This document shows positions 1-7,953 of a stretch of DNA of 16,750 bases, in pieces. Under the pieces are notes generated by a model. That model ran no database searches. It saw only the letters and a program-made list of their open reading frames with translations, and was not told where the DNA came from. The stretch spans positions 1-16,750 of the forward strand of contig CAZPWM010000070.1 in assembly GCA_964590575.1 (NCBI GenBank), given 5' to 3'. Positions within the stretch are counted from its first letter, which is position 1. Every line of letters begins with the position of its first letter. Source of the DNA: an uncultured archaeon. Lineage in GTDB: Archaea > Asgardarchaeota > Thorarchaeia > Thorarchaeales > Thorarchaeaceae. A program made the position numbers and the translations under genes.

Positions 1-298
1 CGTTTGATCCGCATTGCCATTGTTTTTTCAAACTAAACATTCGACGGATGCAGAAATAGATATCCTGATTGTAGTGTGCTCATACGCAAAGTTGATGTGA
101 GTTCAGACGATAGTAGATATGACTTTAGATGGCTCGTACTCGGAAAACAAAGAGAGCCAAGGTGTCGCCCCTTGGAACCACCATTCCTGCTAGATATAGA
201 GCACACCCTATGATGCTTACCCGATGGATGACTGATATAGATAATTATGCTAGAAAGAAGAAACATAAGACTCCTAGAGCTCTAAGACACCCTCAGAA

Positions 299-901
299 TT
301 AGACAGATCCACTAGCAATCATCATAGCCTTCGCAAGAAGGAATGTTCTATGATGTAACTCATCATAACTTACGTTTGCCACAAATCTACTGCCCTTGAG
401 TGAGAAACCATGTCGAAGTGCAACGTTTCTGAGGTCACCATTCTCCAGTTCAGAAGACACAAGACGATAGGAGAACCAATCATCAGTCCCTTTTTCCTTA
501 ACATAGCAATTAATGCTAAATGATAATCCATTTTCGAGTGCAACTTTGAAGTGCTTGCCAATAGTCTGCTTAATCGTGACTTGTGGGCCAAGAATTCCTC
601 GAATAATTGAAGTCGTAAATAGTGAAGCAGGTCCAGGTAAGAATGCCCATGACCAGAAGCGGAAAGCTACAACCATCAGCGCTACTGCAAGTATGAGTCC
701 AACATTGTTGAAAGCTGCGATGACCTGAAGACCTTGAGTCCAACCAGTGCTTGGAGGGGTCGTTCCAAGACCTGCAATCCCATTTGTGTAGTAAACAAAG
801 AAAGTTATTGAGAAGATAATAATGAAGGCCGAGAGGGCAATCCTAATCCTATCTAAATAGAGTGCCTTTGCTTCAAGTAGGAGTTCATTCTCCACTTTCA
901 C
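299..901 (-). CDS. Hypothetical membrane protein (2 N-terminal TM helices plus soluble C-terminal domain)
   Basis: 200-aa ORF with hydrophobic segments IALSAFIIIFSITFFVYY and VGLILAVALMVVAFRFWSWAFL. Its GTG start overlaps the upstream TGA stop (GTGA, 898-901), suggesting translational coupling. Confidence 0.8.
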   Translation of the reverse strand: MKVENELLLEAKALYLDRIRIALSAFIIIFSITFFVYYTNGIAGLGTTPPSTGWTQGLQVIAAFNNVGLILAVALMVVAFRFWSWAFLPGPASLFTTSIIRGILGPQVTIKQTIGKHFKVALENGLSFSINCYVKEKGTDDWFSYRLVSSELENGDLRNVALRHGFSLKGSRFVANVSYDELHHRTFLLAKAMMIASGSV

Positions 902-1251
902 TCTTCCTCCAGCGCGTTCAAGTACATTTTACGTGAATATTTCCCATGTTTCTTACAGAGATCGACAAGAATGGTGAGCAACGGATGCTCATTATTTATT
1001 CGGATTGCGAAAAGCTTCGGTGTGAGCTGATCGATCTGAATCATTTCATTCTCTTGCAGATGCGATATGACACCTCTGTACAGACTTCTTGACTTTCCAC
1101 TGTAGCCAATGAGACGACTCAATTGAACACCACTCACGCTTCTAGGATAAATATGAGCCAGCGCAAGAAGTATAGCTCTTCTTGTGTCATTCAGTGATGA
1201 CATCAACTGGATCAATTCATACAAAGATACGTCTTTGGTGTCCTTCTCCAC
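898..1251 (-). CDS. Winged helix-turn-helix transcriptional regulator (ArsR/MarR-like)
   Basis: 117 aa. NDTRRAILLALA...SVSGVQLSRLIG...ISHLQENEMIQI follows the wHTH pattern. A GGTGG SD-like motif lies just upstream of the GTG start. Confidence 0.75.
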   Translation of the reverse strand: MEKDTKDVSLYELIQLMSSLNDTRRAILLALAHIYPRSVSGVQLSRLIGYSGKSRSLYRGVISHLQENEMIQIDQLTPKLFAIRINNEHPLLTILVDLCKKHGKYSRKMYLNALEEE

Positions 1252-1422
1252 TTTCCACCGACCTACTATTACCGTTGTTGTGTCCCAGTGAACACATTAT
1301 TCTAATGCTTCGAAAGTATGTTTTTTCAAAGTTTGTACAGAAGAGGTTAGCACTGAAACTATATCTCTGTTACTAATCCATCAATGCCAACTTTTTCGAT
1401 TTATTAAAGGTAAACATCGGCC

Positions 1423-1435
1423 AAAGTGTTAATAG
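1423..1435 (+). promoter_or_regulatory. Putative archaeal BRE/TATA for the membrane protein/surface protein operon
   Basis: AAAGTGTTAATAG is a purine run followed by TTAATA, about 40 nt upstream of the AGGAGGT SD in the divergent intergenic region. Confidence 0.35.
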
Positions 1436-1473
1436 CATAGAATCAGAAAATGTGTACTAGAACCTAACTCGTT

Positions 1474-1480
1474 AGGAGGT
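1474..1480 (+). promoter_or_regulatory. Strong Shine-Dalgarno site AGGAGGT
   Basis: Perfect AGGAGGT 7 nt before an in-frame ATT at 1488. Confidence 0.7.
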
Positions 1481-1487
1481 ATATACC

Positions 1488-2063
1488 ATTTCATCGTTTT
1501 CGAGCAAATACTTTGGTTGGCTCATTGCTTTAGCTATAGTCCTCATTGGGGGTTGGTTCCTACTGCCGGATGGCTATGAATCATTGATTGCCATCTTTGC
1601 GCCTCAATTTGGCAACTATTTGAGGCCAACAGTGGTCATGGTGAATCTTATACTCGTTAATCCAATGAGTAACTTTACAATGATTGCTATTTGGGCTGGA
1701 GCTGGCTTTGTTGGAGGAATGATGGCTGGAACAAAGAAGGGTGCCTTTGTCGTCGGTTTGATGACTTGGCTCTCCTGTCTTGTGTTAATTGCCCTATGCG
1801 TCTACCTGATATTTCAAGCAGGTATTTCATTAGGCTCATTCATTGTACCACCTGGATCATCAATTATTGACATTCTTGGAATACAATTAATCCAAGGAAT
1901 GATTGATCAAATATTGCCGCTTCTTACAGGTATGAGTGGTCTTGATATGAGTTCATTATTGACGCTTCTTACACCATTACTGATATGGTTCTTTACACCA
2001 GTCATTGTGGTCATTATAGCTGCTATTGTTGGAGCCGTAATCCGGCCAAAGGAGGATTTCTAG
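1488..2063 (+). CDS. Multi-pass membrane protein (191 aa if it starts at ATT 1488; ORF track start is 1584)
   Basis: The frame is open from the TAG at 1473-1475. The extension SSFSSKYFGWLIALAIVLIGGWFLLPDGYES adds a TM helix. The protein has a Gly-rich WAGAGFVGGMMAG helix and several more hydrophobic segments, and its stop is 1 nt before the next gene. Confidence 0.8.
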   Translation: MSSFSSKYFGWLIALAIVLIGGWFLLPDGYESLIAIFAPQFGNYLRPTVVMVNLILVNPMSNFTMIAIWAGAGFVGGMMAGTKKGAFVVGLMTWLSCLVLIALCVYLIFQAGISLGSFIVPPGSSIIDILGIQLIQGMIDQILPLLTGMSGLDMSSLLTLLTPLLIWFFTPVIVVIIAAIVGAVIRPKEDF

Positions 2064-2064
2064 A

Positions 2065-3726
2065 ATGAAACTGAACAGAAAGCACGCATTTGTCATTATT
2101 GCTATTGGATTCTTGTTCTCAATTCCTGTGGTAACAGCTGCCAGCTCTGGTAGCGTGATTATCGCTCAGGACATAGATGAGAATTTTTTCTTCAATCTGG
2201 TTGATAACGGAGCCGAGGTAGTCTTTACTGCTATAGATGAGCAAGGTGCGCCAGCTGTCGTCTATGGGCAACTAGGAGTACCGGATTCACAACTCGGATT
2301 GGGAGAATCAATGTATGATGGCTGTATTGTAATGGCATTATTAGCTACCCAAGGAGAGCTCTTGGAATATGTCTTGGATCTTGTCGGAGCAGATCTCTTC
2401 AACTTCACTGATGGTGGCGGTGGTGGTACGTTTTTCGCCCAACAGTTCGGTGAAGGTGGTTTTGATATAAACTCCATATTCGATATGCTTGGCACTGATT
2501 TTAACCTGCTAATCAATGCCTTCTTTGATTTGACAGATGCTGAGGCGCAAACGAACATGGCTGCTATCAGAACGCATCTCCACACTGAATTTGCGTTTGA
2601 TTTCGCGGAGTTATTGAATCTCCGTATTGATGAAGAATTCATTAGCGGTATAATTGGAGAACCTGTTGACCTTCCATTCACAGCAATCAACTTGTTCATC
2701 TACCAAGTCACTAATACATTCGAGGATGCAGTTGATAGTGTTCTTGATGTGATGGACCAGAGTGGTTTCATGGCATCAATCGACCGCACCGTCTTTACTG
2801 AAGCACGCGCTTCAGGTGCTGGTCTTCTTGCAGTACCAGACATGGGCGATCTTATGGATCTCATCGAGGGATTTGGTGGAGGAGAACCAACTCCAGCATC
2901 ATTTCTACTCTCTCAAATGCCTGCCCTTGATGGACCTTTGGCAATTGCTGCAGCTGGATACATTGGAGACCAGATTCTCTCAACCAGCTCTGATGAGCTC
3001 AACATCTTTGAAGACCTACTTGGTAAATCACCAACTGCGGTGGTCAACGGTCTAGATAGCGGTCAATCATTGGTTGCTGCGTTTCTACCTCCGAATATGA
3101 ATGTGACATCATACTCGCCTGAGGATGAGGCACTCGGCAAAACATACTATAACGAAACCGATCGCATAGTGTTCTGGAATGCAACTACATACGTTGATGT
3201 ACCCGACTATACGATAAGCTTTGTAGCTGGTGACTTTCCACCTTTGGTGACAATCTCACGAACATTTGACCCTGCAACAGCAGTACCCGGTGGGTTCACT
3301 CAAGTTACCGTCACAGTGACCAATGAAGGAACTGAACCTATCTATAACGTTACAGTTGCTGATGCAAATATTACGGCAACATATCCAAGTTCAACCACAT
3401 TTACAGGTTCAATCAGTGAATTCAACGCTATTGTGCCTGCAGGTGGAACAGTAACTATCACGTATACTGTGACATTTGCATATGAAGGTGTGTACGCATT
3501 TGCACCTGCTACGCTGGCTTACAGTCATGGAGGAAATGAGTACAGTAAACACACACACATAGATGGTTTCACTGTTAGCCCAGATCCGATAGGTCTTCTC
3601 CAGAGTATGTTCCTGGATGGAATGCCATTCACGGCTCTCATGGTCGGAGCTGTCGGATTAGGTGCTATATTTAATATCGTACGCATGGCTCGCGGTAAAG
3701 GCGGTGGCGGAATCTACCAGGTATAA
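2065..3726 (+). CDS. Secreted, C-terminally membrane-anchored acidic surface (S-layer-like) glycoprotein with a DUF11/CARDB-type Ig-like domain
   Basis: Signal peptide MKLNRKHAFVIIAIGFLFSIPVVTA. Very D/E-rich body. Ig-like segment LVTISRTFDPATAVPGGFTQVTVTVTNEGTEPIYNVTVAD...VPAGGTVTITYTV. Six N-x-T sequons (NFT, NVT, NET, NAT, NVT, NIT). C-terminal TM helix followed by a basic tail. Confidence 0.85.
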   Translation: MKLNRKHAFVIIAIGFLFSIPVVTAASSGSVIIAQDIDENFFFNLVDNGAEVVFTAIDEQGAPAVVYGQLGVPDSQLGLGESMYDGCIVMALLATQGELLEYVLDLVGADLFNFTDGGGGGTFFAQQFGEGGFDINSIFDMLGTDFNLLINAFFDLTDAEAQTNMAAIRTHLHTEFAFDFAELLNLRIDEEFISGIIGEPVDLPFTAINLFIYQVTNTFEDAVDSVLDVMDQSGFMASIDRTVFTEARASGAGLLAVPDMGDLMDLIEGFGGGEPTPASFLLSQMPALDGPLAIAAAGYIGDQILSTSSDELNIFEDLLGKSPTAVVNGLDSGQSLVAAFLPPNMNVTSYSPEDEALGKTYYNETDRIVFWNATTYVDVPDYTISFVAGDFPPLVTISRTFDPATAVPGGFTQVTVTVTNEGTEPIYNVTVADANITATYPSSTTFTGSISEFNAIVPAGGTVTITYTVTFAYEGVYAFAPATLAYSHGGNEYSKHTHIDGFTVSPDPIGLLQSMFLDGMPFTALMVGAVGLGAIFNIVRMARGKGGGGIYQV

Positions 3727-3735
3727 ATTAAATTG

Positions 3736-3797
3736 GTGATCCCTGAGGGAAAATATTTCTTCAGGGATTCACACTTCTCTTTCTTTTTTCTTCCTTT
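3736..3797 (+). terminator. Stem-loop plus pyrimidine tract terminator
   Basis: GTGATCCCTGAGGGAA-aata-TTTCTTCAGGGATTCAC (about 16-bp imperfect stem), followed by TTCTCTTTCTTTTTTCTTCCTTT just after the surface-protein stop. Confidence 0.75.
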
Positions 3798-3801
3798 GCA
3801 G

Positions 3802-3810
3802 TATATTTAT
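3802..3810 (+). promoter_or_regulatory. Putative TATA box for agmatinase (probably a leaderless transcript)
   Basis: TATATTTAT about 26 nt upstream of ATG 3836, with no SD before the ATG. Confidence 0.4.
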
Positions 3811-3835
3811 CTCATAACATCAATCTATTGAGCCT

Positions 3836-4759
3836 ATGCCTCTCAAGGATGAACTTAATGGCTATCTAAGGTTACCTCGAACATTCTTTGGAATTCCAGA
3901 TTCTAAAACCGGGAATCCAGATGTTGGCGTTATTGGTGTTCCATATGATATGACATCGAGCTATATGCCCGGTCCTCGTTTCGGACCAGATGCCATTCGA
4001 CGAGCAACAGATAGCGAACGATCTCACAGCTATTCATTATCTTTGGGACGAACACAATCAATAGATGAGCCTTTATCGAAGAGAATTACCTTAGAAGATG
4101 TAGGAGACCTAGAGGTACCCTTACGACTTCCAGAAGCAGCAGCCATCGATATCTCTGAAGCGTGTACTAAACTAGCTACAAGAAGTAGTCGCTTACTCTT
4201 TCTTGGCGGGGACCATTTCATTTCATATCCAATAATCAAAGGGCTTAAGAGAGGTCGACCCGGCCGTTATGGTCTCGTGTATTTAGATGCGCACGCGGAT
4301 TTATACTCGGACATGGGAGGATATCAACTGTCACACGCTACGGGAGTGCGGAGGATGGTTGATGACGAACTAATATCAATTGAAGACATCGCCGCATATG
4401 ATCTCCGTTCTGCGCTACCAACACAGCGAGAAGAGATGACTGGAAGCAAAACACCGATTTTATCAAAGGACCAGTTCCACAATCGTGTGAAGAAGATTGG
4501 TGAACAGGTCGATTTTCTTTATGTCTCAGTTGACATGGATGTCCTTGCTCCACAAGTTGCACCTGGTGTGAGTCATCCTGAATCAGGAGGTCTCTCTATG
4601 GTCGACCTAGTGGAACTTCTCATATCAGCTTTTAGAACAGGTAAAGTTCGGTATGCAGATGTAGTAGAGCTAAATCCCCTTATTGACCCAACAGGCATCA
4701 CTGCCATTGCTGCTCGAGACATCGTGAAGGAAATCTTGACTGGATTTGCTGCTCCGTAA
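3836..4759 (+). CDS. speB: Agmatinase / ureohydrolase (arginase family)
   Basis: Family motifs GVPYD...SYMPGPRFGPDAIR, GGDH, DAHAD, SHAT, SVDMDV, PGVSHPESGGL and VELNP. The metal ligands are present. Confidence 0.88.
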   Translation: MPLKDELNGYLRLPRTFFGIPDSKTGNPDVGVIGVPYDMTSSYMPGPRFGPDAIRRATDSERSHSYSLSLGRTQSIDEPLSKRITLEDVGDLEVPLRLPEAAAIDISEACTKLATRSSRLLFLGGDHFISYPIIKGLKRGRPGRYGLVYLDAHADLYSDMGGYQLSHATGVRRMVDDELISIEDIAAYDLRSALPTQREEMTGSKTPILSKDQFHNRVKKIGEQVDFLYVSVDMDVLAPQVAPGVSHPESGGLSMVDLVELLISAFRTGKVRYADVVELNPLIDPTGITAIAARDIVKEILTGFAAP

Positions 4760-4789
4760 CTATTTTAAGTAGCAATTACACATAATTTA

Positions 4790-5533
4790 ATGACAGAAAT
4801 GAACCTATCGAGTTTGAAGACTACAGATGAAATCACTACTCGTGCTGCATTAGCACTACGTGAGCTAGGATTTGGAGCTCACGAAACTGCAGTGATTTTA
4901 GCTCTAAATACAAGAGAGTCTGCAACAGTTTCTGATCTCGCAGATGAAACAGGAATTCATCATGCTAATCTGTATTCTGTGCTCGATACGTTGGTCGGAA
5001 AGGGATATGTCGTTCTTCAGGAAGGACGACCTAAAGTGTACCAATTTGCTCCCCTCTCACATCTAAAAGAAACACTGACATCAAAACTGAAGCAGCTGTT
5101 TGAAGACCTCGTGAAAATACAAGAGTCACGTGTTTTAACAAAAGCCATTCCTGCCCTCATCTATACAATAAGAGGCAACAATGATGTGAAGTCCAAGATG
5201 ATTTCAATGATTGCTAGAGCGGAAGACACGATTCTTCTAGTCGCTCCCAAACTAGATTATTTTGGTGAAGGTGCCATATCGGCTTTAGAAGAGGCAGCAG
5301 GACGAGGGGTAAAAATACGTTCTATTTTAGGTAAAAAGAGTAACTTCGAAATCCCTAACTTCCATCAACGTATTAAGGAGGATACATTAGCAATCGATAT
5401 AGTGATTGACTCAGAGGAGGCTCTGATTTCCATGCCTGACCTAAGTGTGTGTGGATGGGCAGACAATCCTTTGATCTCGATGCAACTCGAAGGGTTTCTA
5501 GAACAGACATGGCAAATGTCAAAGAAGGTATGA
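4790..5533 (+). CDS. TrmB-family transcriptional regulator (N-terminal HTH plus PLD-like effector domain)
   Basis: LRELGFGAHETAVILAL...TVSDLADETGIHHANLYSVLDTLVGKGYV...GRPKVY, then MIARAEDTILL...AAGRGVKIR...IVIDSEEALI. Confidence 0.9.
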   Translation: MTEMNLSSLKTTDEITTRAALALRELGFGAHETAVILALNTRESATVSDLADETGIHHANLYSVLDTLVGKGYVVLQEGRPKVYQFAPLSHLKETLTSKLKQLFEDLVKIQESRVLTKAIPALIYTIRGNNDVKSKMISMIARAEDTILLVAPKLDYFGEGAISALEEAAGRGVKIRSILGKKSNFEIPNFHQRIKEDTLAIDIVIDSEEALISMPDLSVCGWADNPLISMQLEGFLEQTWQMSKKV

Positions 5534-5536
5534 TTC

Positions 5537-6907
5537 ATGGTTGATTACGATGTTATTATTGCTGGTGCAGGGACCGGAGGTGCAACCATTGCCTACACAC
5601 TTGCTAAAAAGGGTCATTCAGTTCTCCTCATTGATAGAAAAGAAAGAGACAATATTGGCAACAAGACCTGTGGGGATGCTCTTGGTTCTCACCATATCAC
5701 TGAGCTGAGAGAACTTGTCGGGATTCCTGAGCTTCCAAAAGGTATTGTTGAGTATGAGGTGAATGGTATTGACCTCATTGCTCCTGATAGAGACCATCGC
5801 CTGAGGATGGAGGGCCCCACAACAACTGGGATGTCCTTCAACAGACTCAAGATGGGGCAATGGTTTGTTGGACTCGCAGAAAGTGCTGGTGCGGAAGTAT
5901 GGGCTTCTACTCGAGTGAAGCGGCTGATTTTCGAAGAAGGCAAAGTTGCTGGAGTCAAACTCTCAAAGGAAGATGGACCTGAAAAGGACATCAAAGGTCG
6001 AATAGTTGTTGATGCTACTGGAGCAACAGGGATGCTTAGAATGCAACTTCCTGAATCCTCACCTGTTGAACGAAATATAGCTAGCGAAGACAGAATGGTT
6101 GCGTGGCGGGACATCTATGAGACCCCTGATTTCGATTTTGAAACTCCAGACATCCTTGAAATATTCTGGAATCAAAAGGAAACCCTGGGAGGTTATACTT
6201 GGGTGTTCCCACAAGGCAAAAACCGCGTTAATGTAGGAAATGGTGTAATGACAATTGAGGGTCATCGTAATCCAAAAGACATTCAATATGATTTCGTAAA
6301 GAAAACCTGGATGGATTCGTGGGGTGATATCAAGGTCCTCGATAGCAGTGGAGGAGTTGCACCCATACGAAGACCCATTGACACGATGGTTGACAACAAC
6401 TTCATGCTAGTTGGTGACGCAGCTTGCCAAGTGAATCCAATTCATGGCGGCGGTATAGGCTCTTCACTCTTGGGTGGTGCTCACGCGGGTATTGTTGCTT
6501 CAGAGGCTCTGGAAAAAAATGATACATCTATTGGAGCGCTGTGGGATTACAATCCGAGATATCACAAGAGCTATGGCTCAAAACAAGCAGCACTTGATGT
6601 CTTCAGGTGGTTCTTACTTAATATCACGAATGAGGACATAGACTTTGCTTTCAAGAAGCAAATCATTAAGGCTAGTGACTTGCTTGATACTTCCATGACC
6701 GGAGAGGTCAATTTTGGTGTAGGTGATAAATTCAAGCGTTTGGTGTCAGGATTCGGTAAGATTCCACTTCTCCTTCGTGTATCGAAAGTTGCCAACTTGA
6801 TGAACGATATTCGTCGGGTGTACAGTGAATATCCATCTTCTCCAAAGGGCTTGAAAGCTTGGACAGAGAAGCTAGCGCCAATATACACGGCAGCCAAAGA
6901 AGCATAA
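5537..6907 (+). CDS. Digeranylgeranylglycerophospholipid reductase (geranylgeranyl reductase, FAD-dependent)
   Basis: GAGTGG FAD motif, KTCGDA catalytic Cys, GGYTWVFP, VPIRRP-like segment, GDAACQVNPIHGGG and C-terminal YGSKQAALDVFR...YP. The layout matches the Sulfolobus acidocaldarius-type GGR as recalled. Confidence 0.9.
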   Translation: MVDYDVIIAGAGTGGATIAYTLAKKGHSVLLIDRKERDNIGNKTCGDALGSHHITELRELVGIPELPKGIVEYEVNGIDLIAPDRDHRLRMEGPTTTGMSFNRLKMGQWFVGLAESAGAEVWASTRVKRLIFEEGKVAGVKLSKEDGPEKDIKGRIVVDATGATGMLRMQLPESSPVERNIASEDRMVAWRDIYETPDFDFETPDILEIFWNQKETLGGYTWVFPQGKNRVNVGNGVMTIEGHRNPKDIQYDFVKKTWMDSWGDIKVLDSSGGVAPIRRPIDTMVDNNFMLVGDAACQVNPIHGGGIGSSLLGGAHAGIVASEALEKNDTSIGALWDYNPRYHKSYGSKQAALDVFRWFLLNITNEDIDFAFKKQIIKASDLLDTSMTGEVNFGVGDKFKRLVSGFGKIPLLLRVSKVANLMNDIRRVYSEYPSSPKGLKAWTEKLAPIYTAAKEA

Positions 6908-6910
6908 GAG

Positions 6911-6953
6911 AGATTGTAGCATGCTCTAATGACGGAGCATGCTCCTACTATCT
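6911..6953 (+). repeat. Intergenic combined direct/inverted repeat (AGCATGCTC x2), possible hairpin
   Basis: AGCATGCTC at 6918-6926 and 6936-6944. GAGCATGCTC is itself palindromic. The flanks AGATtGTAG / CTACtATCT extend the stem. Confidence 0.55.
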
Positions 6954-6969
6954 TCGAGAGGACAGTCCG

Positions 6970-7941
6970 ATGCGTGTTGTTGGATCAGCAGCAGGAATCA
7001 ATCTTCATGCACCAGATGACGCCTACTTTTCATACTTCAACAGCCCCTACATTGGCCACAACATCGGGTCTGCTATTGACGTCTATCCACATCATCAGGA
7101 ATGGGGTGGTCCTATTGAAACCCCGATTTCGGGGAAGGTAGTCAAGATTAAGAAGATGAGGATGGGACAAGCAAAACAGTTTCCTACGAATGAGTATGAC
7201 TACGGTGTTGGAATTCTACCTGAAGGTTCGGTATCTGATATTGTTCGTATAATGCATTGTGAACCAACTGTAACAGAAGGAGAAACTGTCAATCTTGGAG
7301 ACCATATTGGGAGTGCAATTCGTTCACGTTATTTCAACTACTGGACAGGACCACACTATCATGTCGAGATTCAACCATTAGAATCATTTCACCGTTCGAG
7401 TAAATCATATCCACTAGAACTAGAGTATCATTTTGAATCAAAGAGACCTACAAATACGCAGAAGGATATTGGATTTCTAGTAGAATCCGTGACAGACGAC
7501 CATGTCACTGGTTATGCAGAGAATCTTGGATATGCTGCTATTAGAGATCTAGTTGGTCTCTCAGCCTTAAACCGAGAAAAGGAAACCGTAGGAATTCTAG
7601 ATGGGGGTTTCTCACACTACAAGATGGGGGGCGTAATCGGTACAACTGAGCTCAGCCAAGGCGAAACTATCATATTACTAGACTCTCCAATCGGTTCTGT
7701 TCGCAACGCTAAATCTGGTGCGAGTGTTTTTAGTAGAGGCCCCTTGATCACCTCATTCTTGGATGGTACTGAGTTACGTGGACTATCATGCTTCATCTAT
7801 ACGAAACACTACATGAGAAAAAAAATCCCACAGATAATTCTCATACCGAAAAAGTATGGTCAATTCAAGGGACTCTTCAATGAAGGAGACATTTGTGAAC
7901 TTCGAATTACTAGCAACAGCAACACGATTAAAGCAGATTAG
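6970..7941 (+). CDS. Peptidase M23-like (duplicated hybrid motif) zinc metalloenzyme with unknown C-terminal domain
   Basis: H-x6-D (HNIGSAID), TPISGKVV, RIMH, VTEGETVNLGDHIG and TGPHYHVEI (HxH). Start placed at ATG 6970 because the ORF-track start overlaps the GGR gene. No signal peptide. Confidence 0.7.
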   Translation: MRVVGSAAGINLHAPDDAYFSYFNSPYIGHNIGSAIDVYPHHQEWGGPIETPISGKVVKIKKMRMGQAKQFPTNEYDYGVGILPEGSVSDIVRIMHCEPTVTEGETVNLGDHIGSAIRSRYFNYWTGPHYHVEIQPLESFHRSSKSYPLELEYHFESKRPTNTQKDIGFLVESVTDDHVTGYAENLGYAAIRDLVGLSALNREKETVGILDGGFSHYKMGGVIGTTELSQGETIILLDSPIGSVRNAKSGASVFSRGPLITSFLDGTELRGLSCFIYTKHYMRKKIPQIILIPKKYGQFKGLFNEGDICELRITSNSNTIKAD

Positions 7942-7953
7942 GTCAAGTCTGAG

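Noticed and set aside
1-298. ORF 33..266 (-), an open + frame at 37-213, and a possible minus-strand gene start ATG GCA ATG CGG at position 20
   Set aside because: None has a recognisable motif or convincing start context, and the window edge prevents a decision.
1182-1376. 64-aa + strand ORF
   Set aside because: It overlaps the wHTH gene antisense and the promoter region, with atypical composition.
3736-3772. Hairpin as a eukaryote/Asgard-like SECIS (GTGA...AAAA...GA)
   Set aside because: The GA/GA quartet does not register with the stem, the upstream gene has no in-frame TGA, and the following pyrimidine tract fits a terminator.
6859-6969. N-terminal extension of the M23-like ORF in the ORF track
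   Set aside because: It overlaps the GGR 3' end and runs through the intergenic repeat. ATG 6970 is more plausible.
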